From the NCBI GenBank assembly GCA_030704615.1, contig CM060732.1:36952001-37016000 (forward strand): a stretch of 64,000 nt of DNA. Reading direction: 5' to 3'. The stretch's first letter is position 1. Each line of letters starts with the position of its first letter. The position numbers were made by a program, and so were the translations under genes. This DNA is from Takakia lepidozioides (Eukaryota > Plantae > Bryophyta). This document shows, piece after piece, positions 1 to 11,267 of the stretch. The notes under the pieces are model-generated. The model did no database searches. It saw nothing but the letters and a program-made list of their open reading frames with translations, and was not told the DNA's origin.

Positions 1-1483
1 GTCCAAGTCCCAAGCAGCCCTCTAACATTTACCCCTCCCCCTCTCAAAAAGTCGTGTCCTCACGGTTTACTATTTGGGATTAGCAAATCTTTGTGAGCGA
101 GCACCCTTCTGACGGTGAGAGTCCCGTGAAGGACTCCGTGTGCGAGCCCGAGTCCTGTCACTGGTTGACGGAGATGATTGAGCACTACCTAGAAATGTCA
201 GTCCCTCCTTTGGCTGATATCGAGGTAATCTCTCAGGCATAGGAGACCCCCGTCGCTTCTTCTCGGCCATCTGAATTGCATAGTCCTCTGCCATGTCAAA
301 AGAGTCCGCTGAAGAAACAGTAGTATCAAAATCGTCTTCCCCCCTGAGGTGTTTTAACGGTCGAACTCTAACTGGAATCCTCTGGGGCATACAATGTGGT
401 CCCACCATGTCTGGAAGTTTAATCTTTAAAACTTGTTGTAAGCGCTGAATTGCAAAATTGGTGAAGACCCTGAACTCTTTGTCTGTACAGATGAGTGGTG
501 TGCCAATGACTTGAGAACAGTGCAAGTATTTCCATGCCTCATGTCCCTTAAAGAAAATATCGTCAGGCCCGAATTTCTGTGTTGACAAATTGTTCCAGGC
601 CGAATGAAACCATGAACGAATTTGAGAATCCTTTTGCATCATAACTTTTGCCTCATATAGGTACATATGAAGTGGCACTAAAGGTAAGACCCAATGATCC
701 CCACTGGAATAATTCAGAAAGCGCGATTGCATCTTCTGCTGCTCAATGTGATAACATGCCAGAAAACAAACAGCATAGTATAACCCGCAGCCCATGACAA
801 TACTTGCCTTGGTCTTGGTATAAATGAATCCATGTACAACTTGGAAGGCAATTAATTCCTTCAACATGGTACTTGCCTCATGCTAGTACCTCGCAAAGTG
901 ATGATCCTCAATGGGTCGATTGTTCGGAAGAACCTTAGTCCTAGTTGCCACTGGCAGCCAAATGCGCATGATCTGGTAGTAATGTGCCAACGACTGCGGA
1001 GGACTAGCCCGATTGTACTCCCGTGCAGCAGGAGTTTTCGGTGGGTTAAAAGCAGCATCCCCCCATACCTCAGGCTGTGGCGGCTGTGGTGTGGCTGTAG
1101 TAACAACAGGGTCAGCTACTGGCACAGTCACTTGTTGTGGTATTGGTAGCACTGGCTCTTGTATCACTGGCATCTCCTGCACCCCCTACGAAGAAGACTG
1201 AAAAGCTAAAGTTCTGGCTTGTAAATAAGAAGCCATCAGCTGCTCCTCAGGTACAAAGACTCTCTTGTCAATATTTGATGTCAGGTCCTCCACCTGAGTC
1301 TGCAGGCCATCTACATCCTCCTGTAACTCTGTTATCCTACTATAGACATTGTCTATAGTAGTTGTGGCAATGTTCTGCACCTGCAATCTGGGTTCATTCA
1401 TCTCGCCTTGGGTGAGCTTCCGTGGTGCTTTGCCTTCCACCGGCCCTTGTGCTAACTAGACTTGCATAAGGTGGTTATCCACC
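1..1483 (-). mobile_element. 3' fragment of Ty3/Gypsy element (copy 0): extra ORF region, PPT and start of 3' LTR
   Basis: ORFs 1186..1440, 883..1182 and 70..867 are near-identical in protein to 9360-10760 and 19310-20770. On the minus strand the PPT GAGAGGGGGAGGGG (32-45) is followed by TGTTAGAGG at 27, matching the LTR starts at 3827 and 20785. Confidence 0.9.
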
Positions 1484-2340
1484 CCGGGGGGTGCACTCCT
1501 CATTAAATGTACCAGCCACGTGCGTGCACAGGAGGGGGTATTTTAAACATTATACATACAGAGGGGGGTTTAAAACACCTTAAATATAATTTTACAGGAG
1601 GGGGTTGTTGAGTTTTTAGGGATAGTGTAGTGGTAAGAATGGCGATTCCGCCGCGATGCATCCCGGGATCGAATCGTGGAATCGTCGTTTTGTATGTTTG
1701 TTTTTTTTTTTTTTTTTCGCTCCACGATCTTTCTCCCCTGACCTCCCGCGGCTTTCTCTTTTCTTTCTCCTCCTCTCCCGCGTTCGCCTTCCCTTCCGCG
1801 GGCTTTCTCTTTTTCCTCCTCTCCTCTCCCCTCCCTCTCCACAGGGCATGGTAGGACAATGTGGTGAGGGCACTGACTTGGGAGAAGGTTTGAGGTTGTG
1901 ATGTATGTAGAGGGCAGGAATCGAAGGGGATGAAGTAAGTGCGCGGGAATGTGGGGCAGGCCTGGGCTGATCGGTGATGATATGCGGGTGTGGTGGCGGA
2001 TTGTTGTACAGCAATGACAGGAGGACATGGGCATCAAGATTCCCAGTCATCAGAGGTAATGAGCACATTAGGCCTATTTTCTTTCCTAATAATGATTGGC
2101 GTGACACAATGGTTGTACTCACTGTATCAGGCCTATTCTCATCCTTATTGAATCCAAACAGCCAGAGGGACAAGATGCCCCTAAGTGTACAGAACCTGAA
2201 CGTCCTGAATCTGAAGGATTTGGTACTCAAGTGTTTACACAAGACGAGCAAAATCTACACATGGGGTAACTGTCCCCCCTTTGCAGAACGGTTGGGCGTC
2301 CAGGAGCAATCCCAAGCTACCTAGACGACAAACAATTCAC

Positions 2341-3826
2341 ATGCAAAGGGTTGGCTTGCGGCTGGCCACTTTCAACTTCTCAGGGCTTACTAACCAAAGG
2401 AAACAACTCGAAGTGGGACAAGTCCTAATGATATTCATATCTGTGCTGGGCAAGAAGCATGGGAAACTTCGGATAAACTAGTTGGAGATGTCAATGGTTA
2501 TAAATGGGCAGGTAGGATGTGTACTCTCAAGGCAGCCTCTGCCAAACGCGGTCAAAAAGGGGTTGGATTCTTTGTCTGTGATTTCTTGTTTGATAATTGT
2601 GAAATTATCAACAAGGGTTTGAGGTACGAACATAGTATCTGGCTAAAACTGAATCTGAAGGGCGGCATGAGTACGAAGGACCTCTTTGTGGGTTGTGTTT
2701 ACATGCCCACAGAGGGGACCCTTAGTGCTGACGCAGACAAAGCCTTCGAAGATGTAAAGCTGGACTGTGCTTCGTTCCTTGCCAAAGGTCAGGTAGTGCT
2801 ATTGGGTGACTTCAATGCTCGGGTGGGCAAAGGGCTCCATCAGGACAATATCATTGGGCCTTTTGGTGAGGACGAGCCCTCTATAAAGAGTGCTGCAATT
2901 TGAAAACCAACATAGAATTGTGGGTGAGGTACTATCAGCTCCGGAAAGATATCAAACAGCTTGTTAGGTCTCAGAAGAAATTATACTGGGATAAGTTATA
3001 CAGTGAAATAAACTCAAACCACCATGGTGGTAATGACAAGAAATTATGGTTGGCCCTTCAACGTTTGTACAAGCCTAAAAACGGTCAGCAAGTACAAGCG
3101 CTGAAGACTACTAAAGGTGCAGTGGTGACTTCATCGGTTGACATTGTCAAAACCTTTGAAAATCACTACAGTATCCTTGGCAGAACTTCTAGGTCTAACA
3201 GTGAGGGGTCTTCTGCTGAATGGAGGGACACAGTTGGAAAAATTGTTCCTATGATTCAAAACAGCCCTGATGAACTGGAGTATATTTCAATGGCTTATAA
3301 CGCTCCCATTAGTTCTTCTGAGATTGTGGAAGCAATTGAACATTTAAATGGATATAAAGCTGGTGGACCTGATGGTATTGTCAACGAGCTTATCAAGCAC
3401 GGTGGCGATCCCATGATAGAGGCCCTAGTTCTCCTCTTTAACCTTATCTGGAAGACTGAAATGATCCCCTTTCGCTGGCGACAGGGGGTCATTGTCAGTC
3501 TATACAAGAAGGGTGACAGAGAAGAACCGGGGAACTACCGTGGCATCACACTCAGGAGTTGATTAATTGCGCGAAGAGATACTTTGATCTTTGGGGGCTA
3601 GAGGCTAATGTCAGCAAATGTGCAGTGGTAGCATTCAACGACAGAGGAGAGGGAGGAAGTGATCTTAAGTGGCAGTGGGGTAGCCAAGAGATCCCGGTCC
3701 TCCCTTCCTACACTTACCTGGGCGTTGAGTTTTCCTCCAATTGTAATTGGGATGCACATATCCAGAAAGTTGTTCGAACTGGCAAGGGCAAAGCTCTGGG
3801 GCTCACTAAATTTTTCCACTGCAGAG
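2341..3826 (+). mobile_element. Internally deleted LINE ORF2 remnant (APE endonuclease + partial RT), interrupted by a Gypsy LTR
   Basis: APE motifs TFNFSG, GVGFFV, CVYMP, LLGDFNARVG. RT motifs KAGGPDGI, LYKKGDREEPGNYRGITL, NVSKC, YTYLG. Homology stops abruptly at the TGTTAG LTR start. Confidence 0.9.
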
Positions 3827-4120
3827 TGTTAGAGGACTGTCTGGGACTTAGACACTTATACGGGATCTGTAGGGTACCCTTAATTTTTGCACAAACTGAG
3901 ATCAACAGGAGCCTTAGGGGTGACAGCAGCACACTGTAAAAGGGGGTTACACAGTCCATCACAGCCAACACAACCCGTCACAGTCGTCACAGCCGACACA
4001 GCCAACACAGCCCGTCACAGTCGTCACAGCCGACACAGCCACACAGCCAGTCACAGCCCAACACAGCCAAACACAGTCGCACAACCAGTCACAGCCCGTC
4101 ACAGTTTCACACAGCCAGTT
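3827..4120 (+). repeat. Truncated 5' LTR with CACAGC-based tandem repeats
   Basis: TGTTAGAGGACTGT...GGGACTTAGACACTTATACGGGATCTGTAGGGTACCC is shared with 20785. GTCACAGCC/ACACAGCC repeats at 3950-4118. Confidence 0.85.
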
Positions 4121-6534
4121 ATCCAGAGAAGTGTACTTTCTGTGTGAACTCAGGGGTGCTTCTGGGACACATTGTGTGTAAGAAGGGACTTCTTGTGGAT
4201 CCCAGAAAGACAGAGTCCATTAAAGCCTCTCTACCACCAGTGAATGTTAAAAGTCTAAGGAGATTCCTTGGGCAAACCAGTTATTACAGAAGATTTGTCA
4301 AAAAGTATGCACAAATAGCAGCACCATTGAGCAAGCTTCTGAAGAAAGATGCAGTGTTTGCCTGGACAGCTGAATGTCAGCAGGCGTTTGAGGAACTTAC
4401 CCTGTCAGTAACAACTACACCTGTGCTGATTAACCCTCATTGGCATGTAGTATTTCATGTTCACTGCGATGCATCAGGAGAAGCGTTGGGAGCGGTGTTA
4501 GCCCATAATGTTACAGGAAATATAGATTCACCTGTGTACTATGCTAGCAGGTTGATGAACAGTGCTGAAAGGAACTATAGCACAACGGAAAGAGAAGCAT
4601 TGGCAATGATCTATGCAGTGAAGAAATTCAGGCATTACCTGTTGGGCAAAAAGTTTATGTTATATGTGGATCACCAGGCTCTGATATACCTGGTAAATAA
4701 ACCTCTGATAAGCGGAAGAATAGCAAGATGGTTGATAATCTTGCACGAGTTTGAGTTCGAGGTTGTTTACAAGCCTGGGAGACTGCATCTTGTGGCGGAT
4801 CACTTGTCACGGTTATCAACAGGAGAACAAGCCACAGGAATAGATGATCAATTACCAGATGCGAGTCTATTTGCAGTGGAGGTGCAGGGAAGTGCAGATG
4901 ACTGGTTAGATTGGCAGTGGCCAATCAGATACTACCTTGCTCATGGTCAGTGCCCACCTAGTTATGGTAAGGAGCAGAGGAAGAGAATCGCTATCAAGCT
5001 TTACCTTATACTATGGTAGGAAGCAGAATGTATAAGCTAGGACCTGATGGAGTACTAAAACGATGCTTGTATCACCATGAAGTAAATAAAGTTTTGGAGG
5101 AAGTTCATAAAGGAGTGGCTGGAGGTCATTTTGGAGAAGAGACTACCAGTAGGAAGATATTACTCGCAGGTTACTGGTGGCCTACTTTGTTCAAAGATGT
5201 ACACGAGTATTGTCAGAGTTGTGATGAATGTCAGAGGCTAGGACCTTTGCAGAGATCTGGAAGGATGGCCTTGCATCCTACAATGCCTACGGAACCATTT
5301 CAGAAATGGGGACTAGACTTTGTTGGACCGATTAACCCACCAGCCAAGAATACACGGAACAGGTACATAATTACAGCCACTGATTATACTACGAAGTGGG
5401 TGGAAGCTAAAGCTTTGAGGGACAACACAGCCAAGTCCACAGCAAGGTTCCTGTATGAGAACATACTTACACAATTTGGCTGTCCCTTAGAATTTATCAG
5501 TGATCAGGGAAGTCACTTCATGAATGAGACCATTGAGTTGTTGACTAAAGAGTTCATGATTGTGCATAGAAAGAGTACAACATATTACCCACAGGGTAAT
5601 GGGCAGGCAGAGGCTACCAACAAAATACTATGTACTATCTTGGCTAAGATAGTCAATGCAAACAGAACGGATTGGGATACAAAGCTGCTGACAGCTTTGT
5701 GGTCATACAGGACTTTATATAAAGTCACCACTAAGTATACTCCATTCTAATTAGTTTATGGTATGGAAGCCTTACTTCCAGTGGAATTCCTGTTACCTAC
5801 CATGAAAACGGAGTGGGGAAAGAGAATGGAATTGCAAGATTCCATTAAGGTCAGGAAACATGAATTATACCATGTGGAAGAAGTACATGCTGATGCAGCT
5901 GATAATATGACCAGAATTCAGATGAAGAGAAAGGAACAGTTTGATGAAGGCAAGTTAAAGATTTTTAAGACGGGGGATTTGGTTCTATGGTTGCAGAAGA
6001 AGGAAAGATTAAAGCTTCTAAGCTTAAATCACCCTAGAAAGGACCTTATGTCATACAAAAGATGTATGATAACAACACCGCCATGTTACAAACCATTAAC
6101 AAAGAGATGCTGGAAAGAGTCAATGCCAATAAGTTGAAAGGATACAGTGGTATCCATGACAAACCATTACAACATGATTTGCATGTTGAAACGCAAGAGC
6201 AGTCACGGGCTGCACCAGTGTTACCAACGGAGTATGGAGCACTTGTCGTTAGGCCAAGCATATATGACCAGGGCGGGCAGAACAAGCGTGCCACAGCCTA
6301 TCACAGTCCATCACGATGTGACACAGCCTATCACAGCCCATCAAGGCGAAACACAGCCTATCACAGTCCATCACAACGTGACACAGCCTATCACAGCCCA
6401 GCACGGCGCAACACAGCCTATCACAACCTACCACCGCGTGTCACAGCCTATCACAGCTTACCACAGTGCATCACAGCCTATCACAGCGTACCACAGTATG
6501 ACACAGCCTGTCACAGCTCAACACAGCCTACTAG
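4121..6534 (+). pseudogene. pol: pol remnant (RT end, RNase H, integrase with decapeptide-repeat tail), frameshifted
   Basis: ORFs 4144..5019, 5013..5750, 5763..6137 and the start of 6062..8212. Domain order RT-RH-INT is Ty3/Gypsy. Confidence 0.9.
6290..6531 (+). repeat. About 8 tandem 30-bp repeats encoding TAYHSPSRRD-like decapeptides
   Basis: Unit approx. GACACAGCCTATCACAGCCCATCACGGCGT. Homologous array at 16223-16520. Confidence 0.9.
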
Positions 6535-7024
6535 GATTACACGATCCATAGAATCAGTGACAGGTGGGCGCACAATAACTTCAGGAAAATGGCTGACGGA
6601 AGAAAAGACGGAAACCAGTTTAAAAATAGACACGTGGAAGTCAGGGCGCGACACACAGCTGAGAAGGAAGTGCAAGAACAGGTGTCATCAAGAAAGAAAA
6701 CAAGAATGGCCGTCAAAATACCTAATCAGCGCGTCAAATTGGATGAAAGGCGGGCCCATTAATGAATACGGTAAAAGGGGAACGGAACAAAGGGCAAGTA
6801 CAGAAAAGCAAAATTCTTGTCACATGTGTGATCCTAGTGGACTATCCAGCAGGGAAAGTCCACTAAAGAAAATGAAATCTAAAATCCAGTCACAGCGGTT
6901 ACAGCCAATAGAAAGCCAGAGAAAGGATCAAGAAATTGGAGGGAAATTAAGCGCAAGAGGCGGCGTCGTTCTGAGTAACGGGCGTCTCGACAGGACAGAC
7001 CATCAATGCTATAGCTTGGAAACT

Positions 7025-10000
7025 ATGGAGGAACTAACAGACTATACGCTCGCAATATTACTTACGCAGTGGCATAGACACGAAAGAACAGAGCGGAGCT
7101 TTTCTCTTGAGCGATGCTTGCAAGCCCCGCAGGCTTACAAGAAATTACCCATAGCTTTTTGTGGCAACCATACGTTTATGCTTTGTGCACTACAGGCATT
7201 TCTGCAGTTGTTACAGCCAAAATATTTCTGTGGGTCTAAAATGAAGAGAGTGAGAGGAATGGAGGAAATCAGGGTGAAGAGCACCACAATTCTGCAGAAA
7301 CAAACGATTGCTACCCCACAAGCGATACAGATACTGAAGGAGCTGAGATTGCAAGGATTGCAAAGCATAGATTGGACATTGCACCATAGACGGTACATGT
7401 TACAATTCTTGCAGAACTTTGAGCCAAGGACAGGAACAACAACGGTGAAGGGAGTTGAATTAGTAATTACTCCCCTATACCTCCAGCAATTGTTTCGATT
7501 GCCAGCAGGTCAGGTGCATGTGGAGGAGCACAGGGCAAGACTGCAAATAGGGGACTTATTCCAAGAAGGGAGTTTCTTTAAAACTCAGGGTTATGCTTGT
7601 ACCAAGGCCGTGTACCCAGGGCTAAAGGAGGTAGGCCAGGTATTGAACGTTCTGATTGCCATGAAACAGAACCAACAGTATTTGAGCAGATCCTTCACGG
7701 AGGAAATACTCAAAGCCCTGAAAGGACAAGAGGTAGAATGGGCGGACATAATGTACAACGCACTGGTAGAGGAGATGAAAAGATTACAAGGTATTACCGC
7801 AAAGTCTCCTATCATAGTGTCTGGCCCAATCATTGCTCAAATAATTCTTGATTCTGGCATACTTGATGCGCAAGAAAGAAAGGAGATGGGAGTGTTTGAG
7901 CCAGAAACCACTGCAATGGAAGAGCAAGGCTCTTCACACAGTGAGGGTGGACTAGCAGGGCAACCCGAGACTAAAAGGCAGAGACGGGGAAAGACTGTAG
8001 TGGCGGATCCACTGGCTTCACGGATTCCGCATGATAATGTTTCCCAAGCTCATGTGCAGGAGGGGCACAACAGCACAGAGAACTGCTATTACTGGAAGCA
8101 GGACCTTCAGAGAGGGAAGAGGAAGTTACTTCAGCATCACAGCCATCACAGCCAGCTGATCGGCTTGTCACAAGGTTACCACAAGTTGCCCATAAAGTGC
8201 CACCAGAAATAATTGATTTGGAAAAAGAAGGGTTAGATATTCCAACTACAGAACAGATAGTGGCAGAAATTGAGAAGGGGGACCTTCTCTATGAATATTC
8301 TGGTCTGGTCAAGGAGACAGAGATTCCAGAGGTGCAACAATTGCCCAAGGGAAATCCTGAGGTGCATATAATACACACACCTGTGTCGGAGGTACCACAG
8401 GTAGAATGTCAAGACACTGCAGCACCGGTGATGGATGAAGTGGTTCAGGAAGAAAATCCGGTGGGACAATGGCCTGAGTGGTTCATGAGACATCACACAG
8501 TTGAGGATCAGGAGGAACAGCAGCAACCTCACCATGATGACCCTCAACAGGCAATGCTGATGAGTTCCATAGGCAGGACACTTATTTGTTGGGGACTTAT
8601 GTCAAATCCCATGTTCCAACTACCCAATTGACAGCCTTGAGAGAGGAACTCAGGAAGGAGTTTGAGGCTCGACTAGCCACTGAGTGTGCAAACAAGGTCG
8701 ATGAGGAGGTCACTCTCAAGATGCAGCAAGACTTGCAAAATACAGAAGCGGCTTTGCAATTGGCCAAGGAACAATTGATTGAGGCAGGCCTTGCGCAAGA
8801 CCAGTTGCACGAAGCACATAAGCAACAGCTATACCAAATGCAGGTGCAGCATGAAAACAAGTTGCAAGAAGTGAATGCACTACATACGGAGTTGTAGACA
8901 GTGCATAATAGGATGGCGATACAATGTGCTACATTCACAACTATGCTTGACCAATCTACAAAAGAAATAAACAGTCAAGCGGAAAAAATGTACGAAGGAA
9001 GAACAAGAGAATGTTGAGCAAATGAAACTCATTGTCGATATGAAGAATACAATCTGTCGCAATGAGGATACTTTCAAGCAATACAGGCAGGTTGAAGCTG
9101 ACCAAGAGAAGTAATCCTGGAGTTGCAACAAACGCTCGTGGCCAATAGAAATGAAATCTCGGTCACTAACAAGGCTTGGAGGGAAGCTAATAATCTACTT
9201 GATGCCTATGCGAATTTGGTTGAACCTCATGCAAAGCGCATGGAGGCTTTACAACAGCAGTTAGAAGTGTACAAACTCAGAGAGGAGCACACTCTCAGAG
9301 GAACCACAAGCAACTTGGTGGAAAACAGCCTTATGCAGGTCTGGTTAGCAAAAGGGCCAGTGGAGGGCAAAGCACCACGAAAGCTCACCCAAAGCGAGAT
9401 GAATGAGCTCAGACTGCAAGTGCAGAACATTGCCACAATTACTATAGACAATGTCTATAGTAGGATAGCAGAGTTACAGGAGGATGTAGATGGACTGCAG
9501 ACTCAAGTGGAGGACCTCACTTCAAATATCGACAAAAGAGTCTATATCCTCAGGAACAGCTAATGGCTTCTTATTACAAGCCAGAACTTTGGCTTTTCAG
9601 TCTTCACAGGAGGTGCAGGAGATGCCAATGATACAAGAGCCAGTACCACCAGCACCACAACAAGTCACTGTACCAGTAGCTGAACCTGTTGTTACTACAA
9701 CCACACCACAGCCACCACAGCCTGAGGTATGGGGCAATGCTGCTTTTAACCCACCTAAAACTCCAGCTGCAAGGGAGTACAGTAGGGCTATGATTATGCC
9801 CTTCACCAAATTCCCATCATGTTGGATTTGGCTTGGAAAGAATTTAGTTCTCCGCAGTCATTCGCACATTACTACCAAATCATGCGTATTTGGCTGCCAG
9901 TGGCAACTAGGACTAAAGTTCTTCCGAACAATCGACATATTGAGGATCATCACTTTGCACAATACTGGCATGAGGCAAGTACAATGTTGAAGGAATTAAT

Positions 10001-10767
10001 TGCCTTCCAAGTTGTACACGGACTCATTTATACCAAGACCAAGGAGGTAGCAAGTATTGTCATGGATGCGGGTTATACTACACTGCTTGTTTTCTGGTAC
10101 GTTATCACATTGAGCAGCATAAGATGCAATCGTGCTTTCTGAGTTATTCCAGTGGAGATCATTGGGTCTTACCTTCAGTACCACCTCATATGTACCTATA
10201 TGAGGCAAAAGTTATGATGCAAAATGATTCTCAAATTCGTTCATGGTTTCAAGCGGCCTGGAACAATTTGTCAACACAGAAATTCGGCATTGATGATTTT
10301 CTATAAGGGACATGTGGCATGGAAATACTTGCACGGTGCACAAGTAATTGGTACCCCACTCACCTGGACAGACAAGGAACTCAGTGTCTTCACCAATTTT
10401 GCTGTTCAGCGTTTACAGCAAGTTGTAAATATAAACTTCCAGACATGGTAGGACAACATTGTATGCCCCAGAGGATTCCACAAAAAGTTCGACAATTAAA
10501 ACACCTGAGAGACGATGAGGATTTTGATACAACTGTTTCTTCAGCGGATTATTTTGACATGGGAGAAGACTATGCATTACAGATGGCAGAGAAGAAGCGA
10601 CGGGGGTCTCTTATGCCTGAAATGTTACCTCGAATCAGCCTCCAGAGGGCCTCACTTATCCGGGTACTGTTCAAACATCTCCGTCAACCAGTGACAGACC
10701 TCGGCTCGTACACACAGTCCGCCACGAAACTCTCAACGTCAAAATGTGCTCACTCACAAAGTTTTGC
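7025..10767 (+). pseudogene. Extra 3' ORFs of Gypsy copy 1 (Athila env-like/Transposase_32-like domain, coiled coil, C-terminal domain)
   Basis: MEELTDY... continues through ORFs 8197, 8586, 9123, 9490, 9819 and 10319. Collinear with 16987-20770 and 70-1480. Confidence 0.8.
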
Positions 10768-11267
10768 NNNNNNNNNNNNNNNNNNNNNNNNNNNNNNNNN
10801 NNNNNNNNNNNNNNNNNNNNNNNNNNNNNNNNNNNNNNNNNNNNNNNNNNNNNNNNNNNNNNNNNNNNNNNNNNNNNNNNNNNNNNNNNNNNNNNNNNNN
10901 NNNNNNNNNNNNNNNNNNNNNNNNNNNNNNNNNNNNNNNNNNNNNNNNNNNNNNNNNNNNNNNNNNNNNNNNNNNNNNNNNNNNNNNNNNNNNNNNNNNN
11001 NNNNNNNNNNNNNNNNNNNNNNNNNNNNNNNNNNNNNNNNNNNNNNNNNNNNNNNNNNNNNNNNNNNNNNNNNNNNNNNNNNNNNNNNNNNNNNNNNNNN
11101 NNNNNNNNNNNNNNNNNNNNNNNNNNNNNNNNNNNNNNNNNNNNNNNNNNNNNNNNNNNNNNNNNNNNNNNNNNNNNNNNNNNNNNNNNNNNNNNNNNNN
11201 NNNNNNNNNNNNNNNNNNNNNNNNNNNNNNNNNNNNNNNNNNNNNNNNNNNNNNNNNNNNNNNNNNN
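10768..11267. other. Assembly gap (500 N)
   Basis: Run of N. Confidence 1.

Larger units (their letters stand above)
3827..10767 (+). mobile_element. Ty3/Gypsy element copy 1 (deleted for gag, PR and most of RT; 3' end lost in gap)
   Basis: LTR start 3827-~4120 matches 20785 onward. It is joined directly to RT C-terminus/RNase H (HCDAS, YSTTEREAL, DHQAL, ADHLSR) and integrase (GGHFG..C..C, WGLDFVGP, SDQGSHF, GQAE), followed by extra ORFs. Confidence 0.92.

Noticed and set aside
6062-8212. 716-aa integrase-accessory fusion ORF
   Set aside because: Both copies have a stop in the repeat (TAY) register at the array end, and copy 2 has many indels in the following 450 bp. Read-through in copy 1 is more simply a 1-nt indel, though not excluded.
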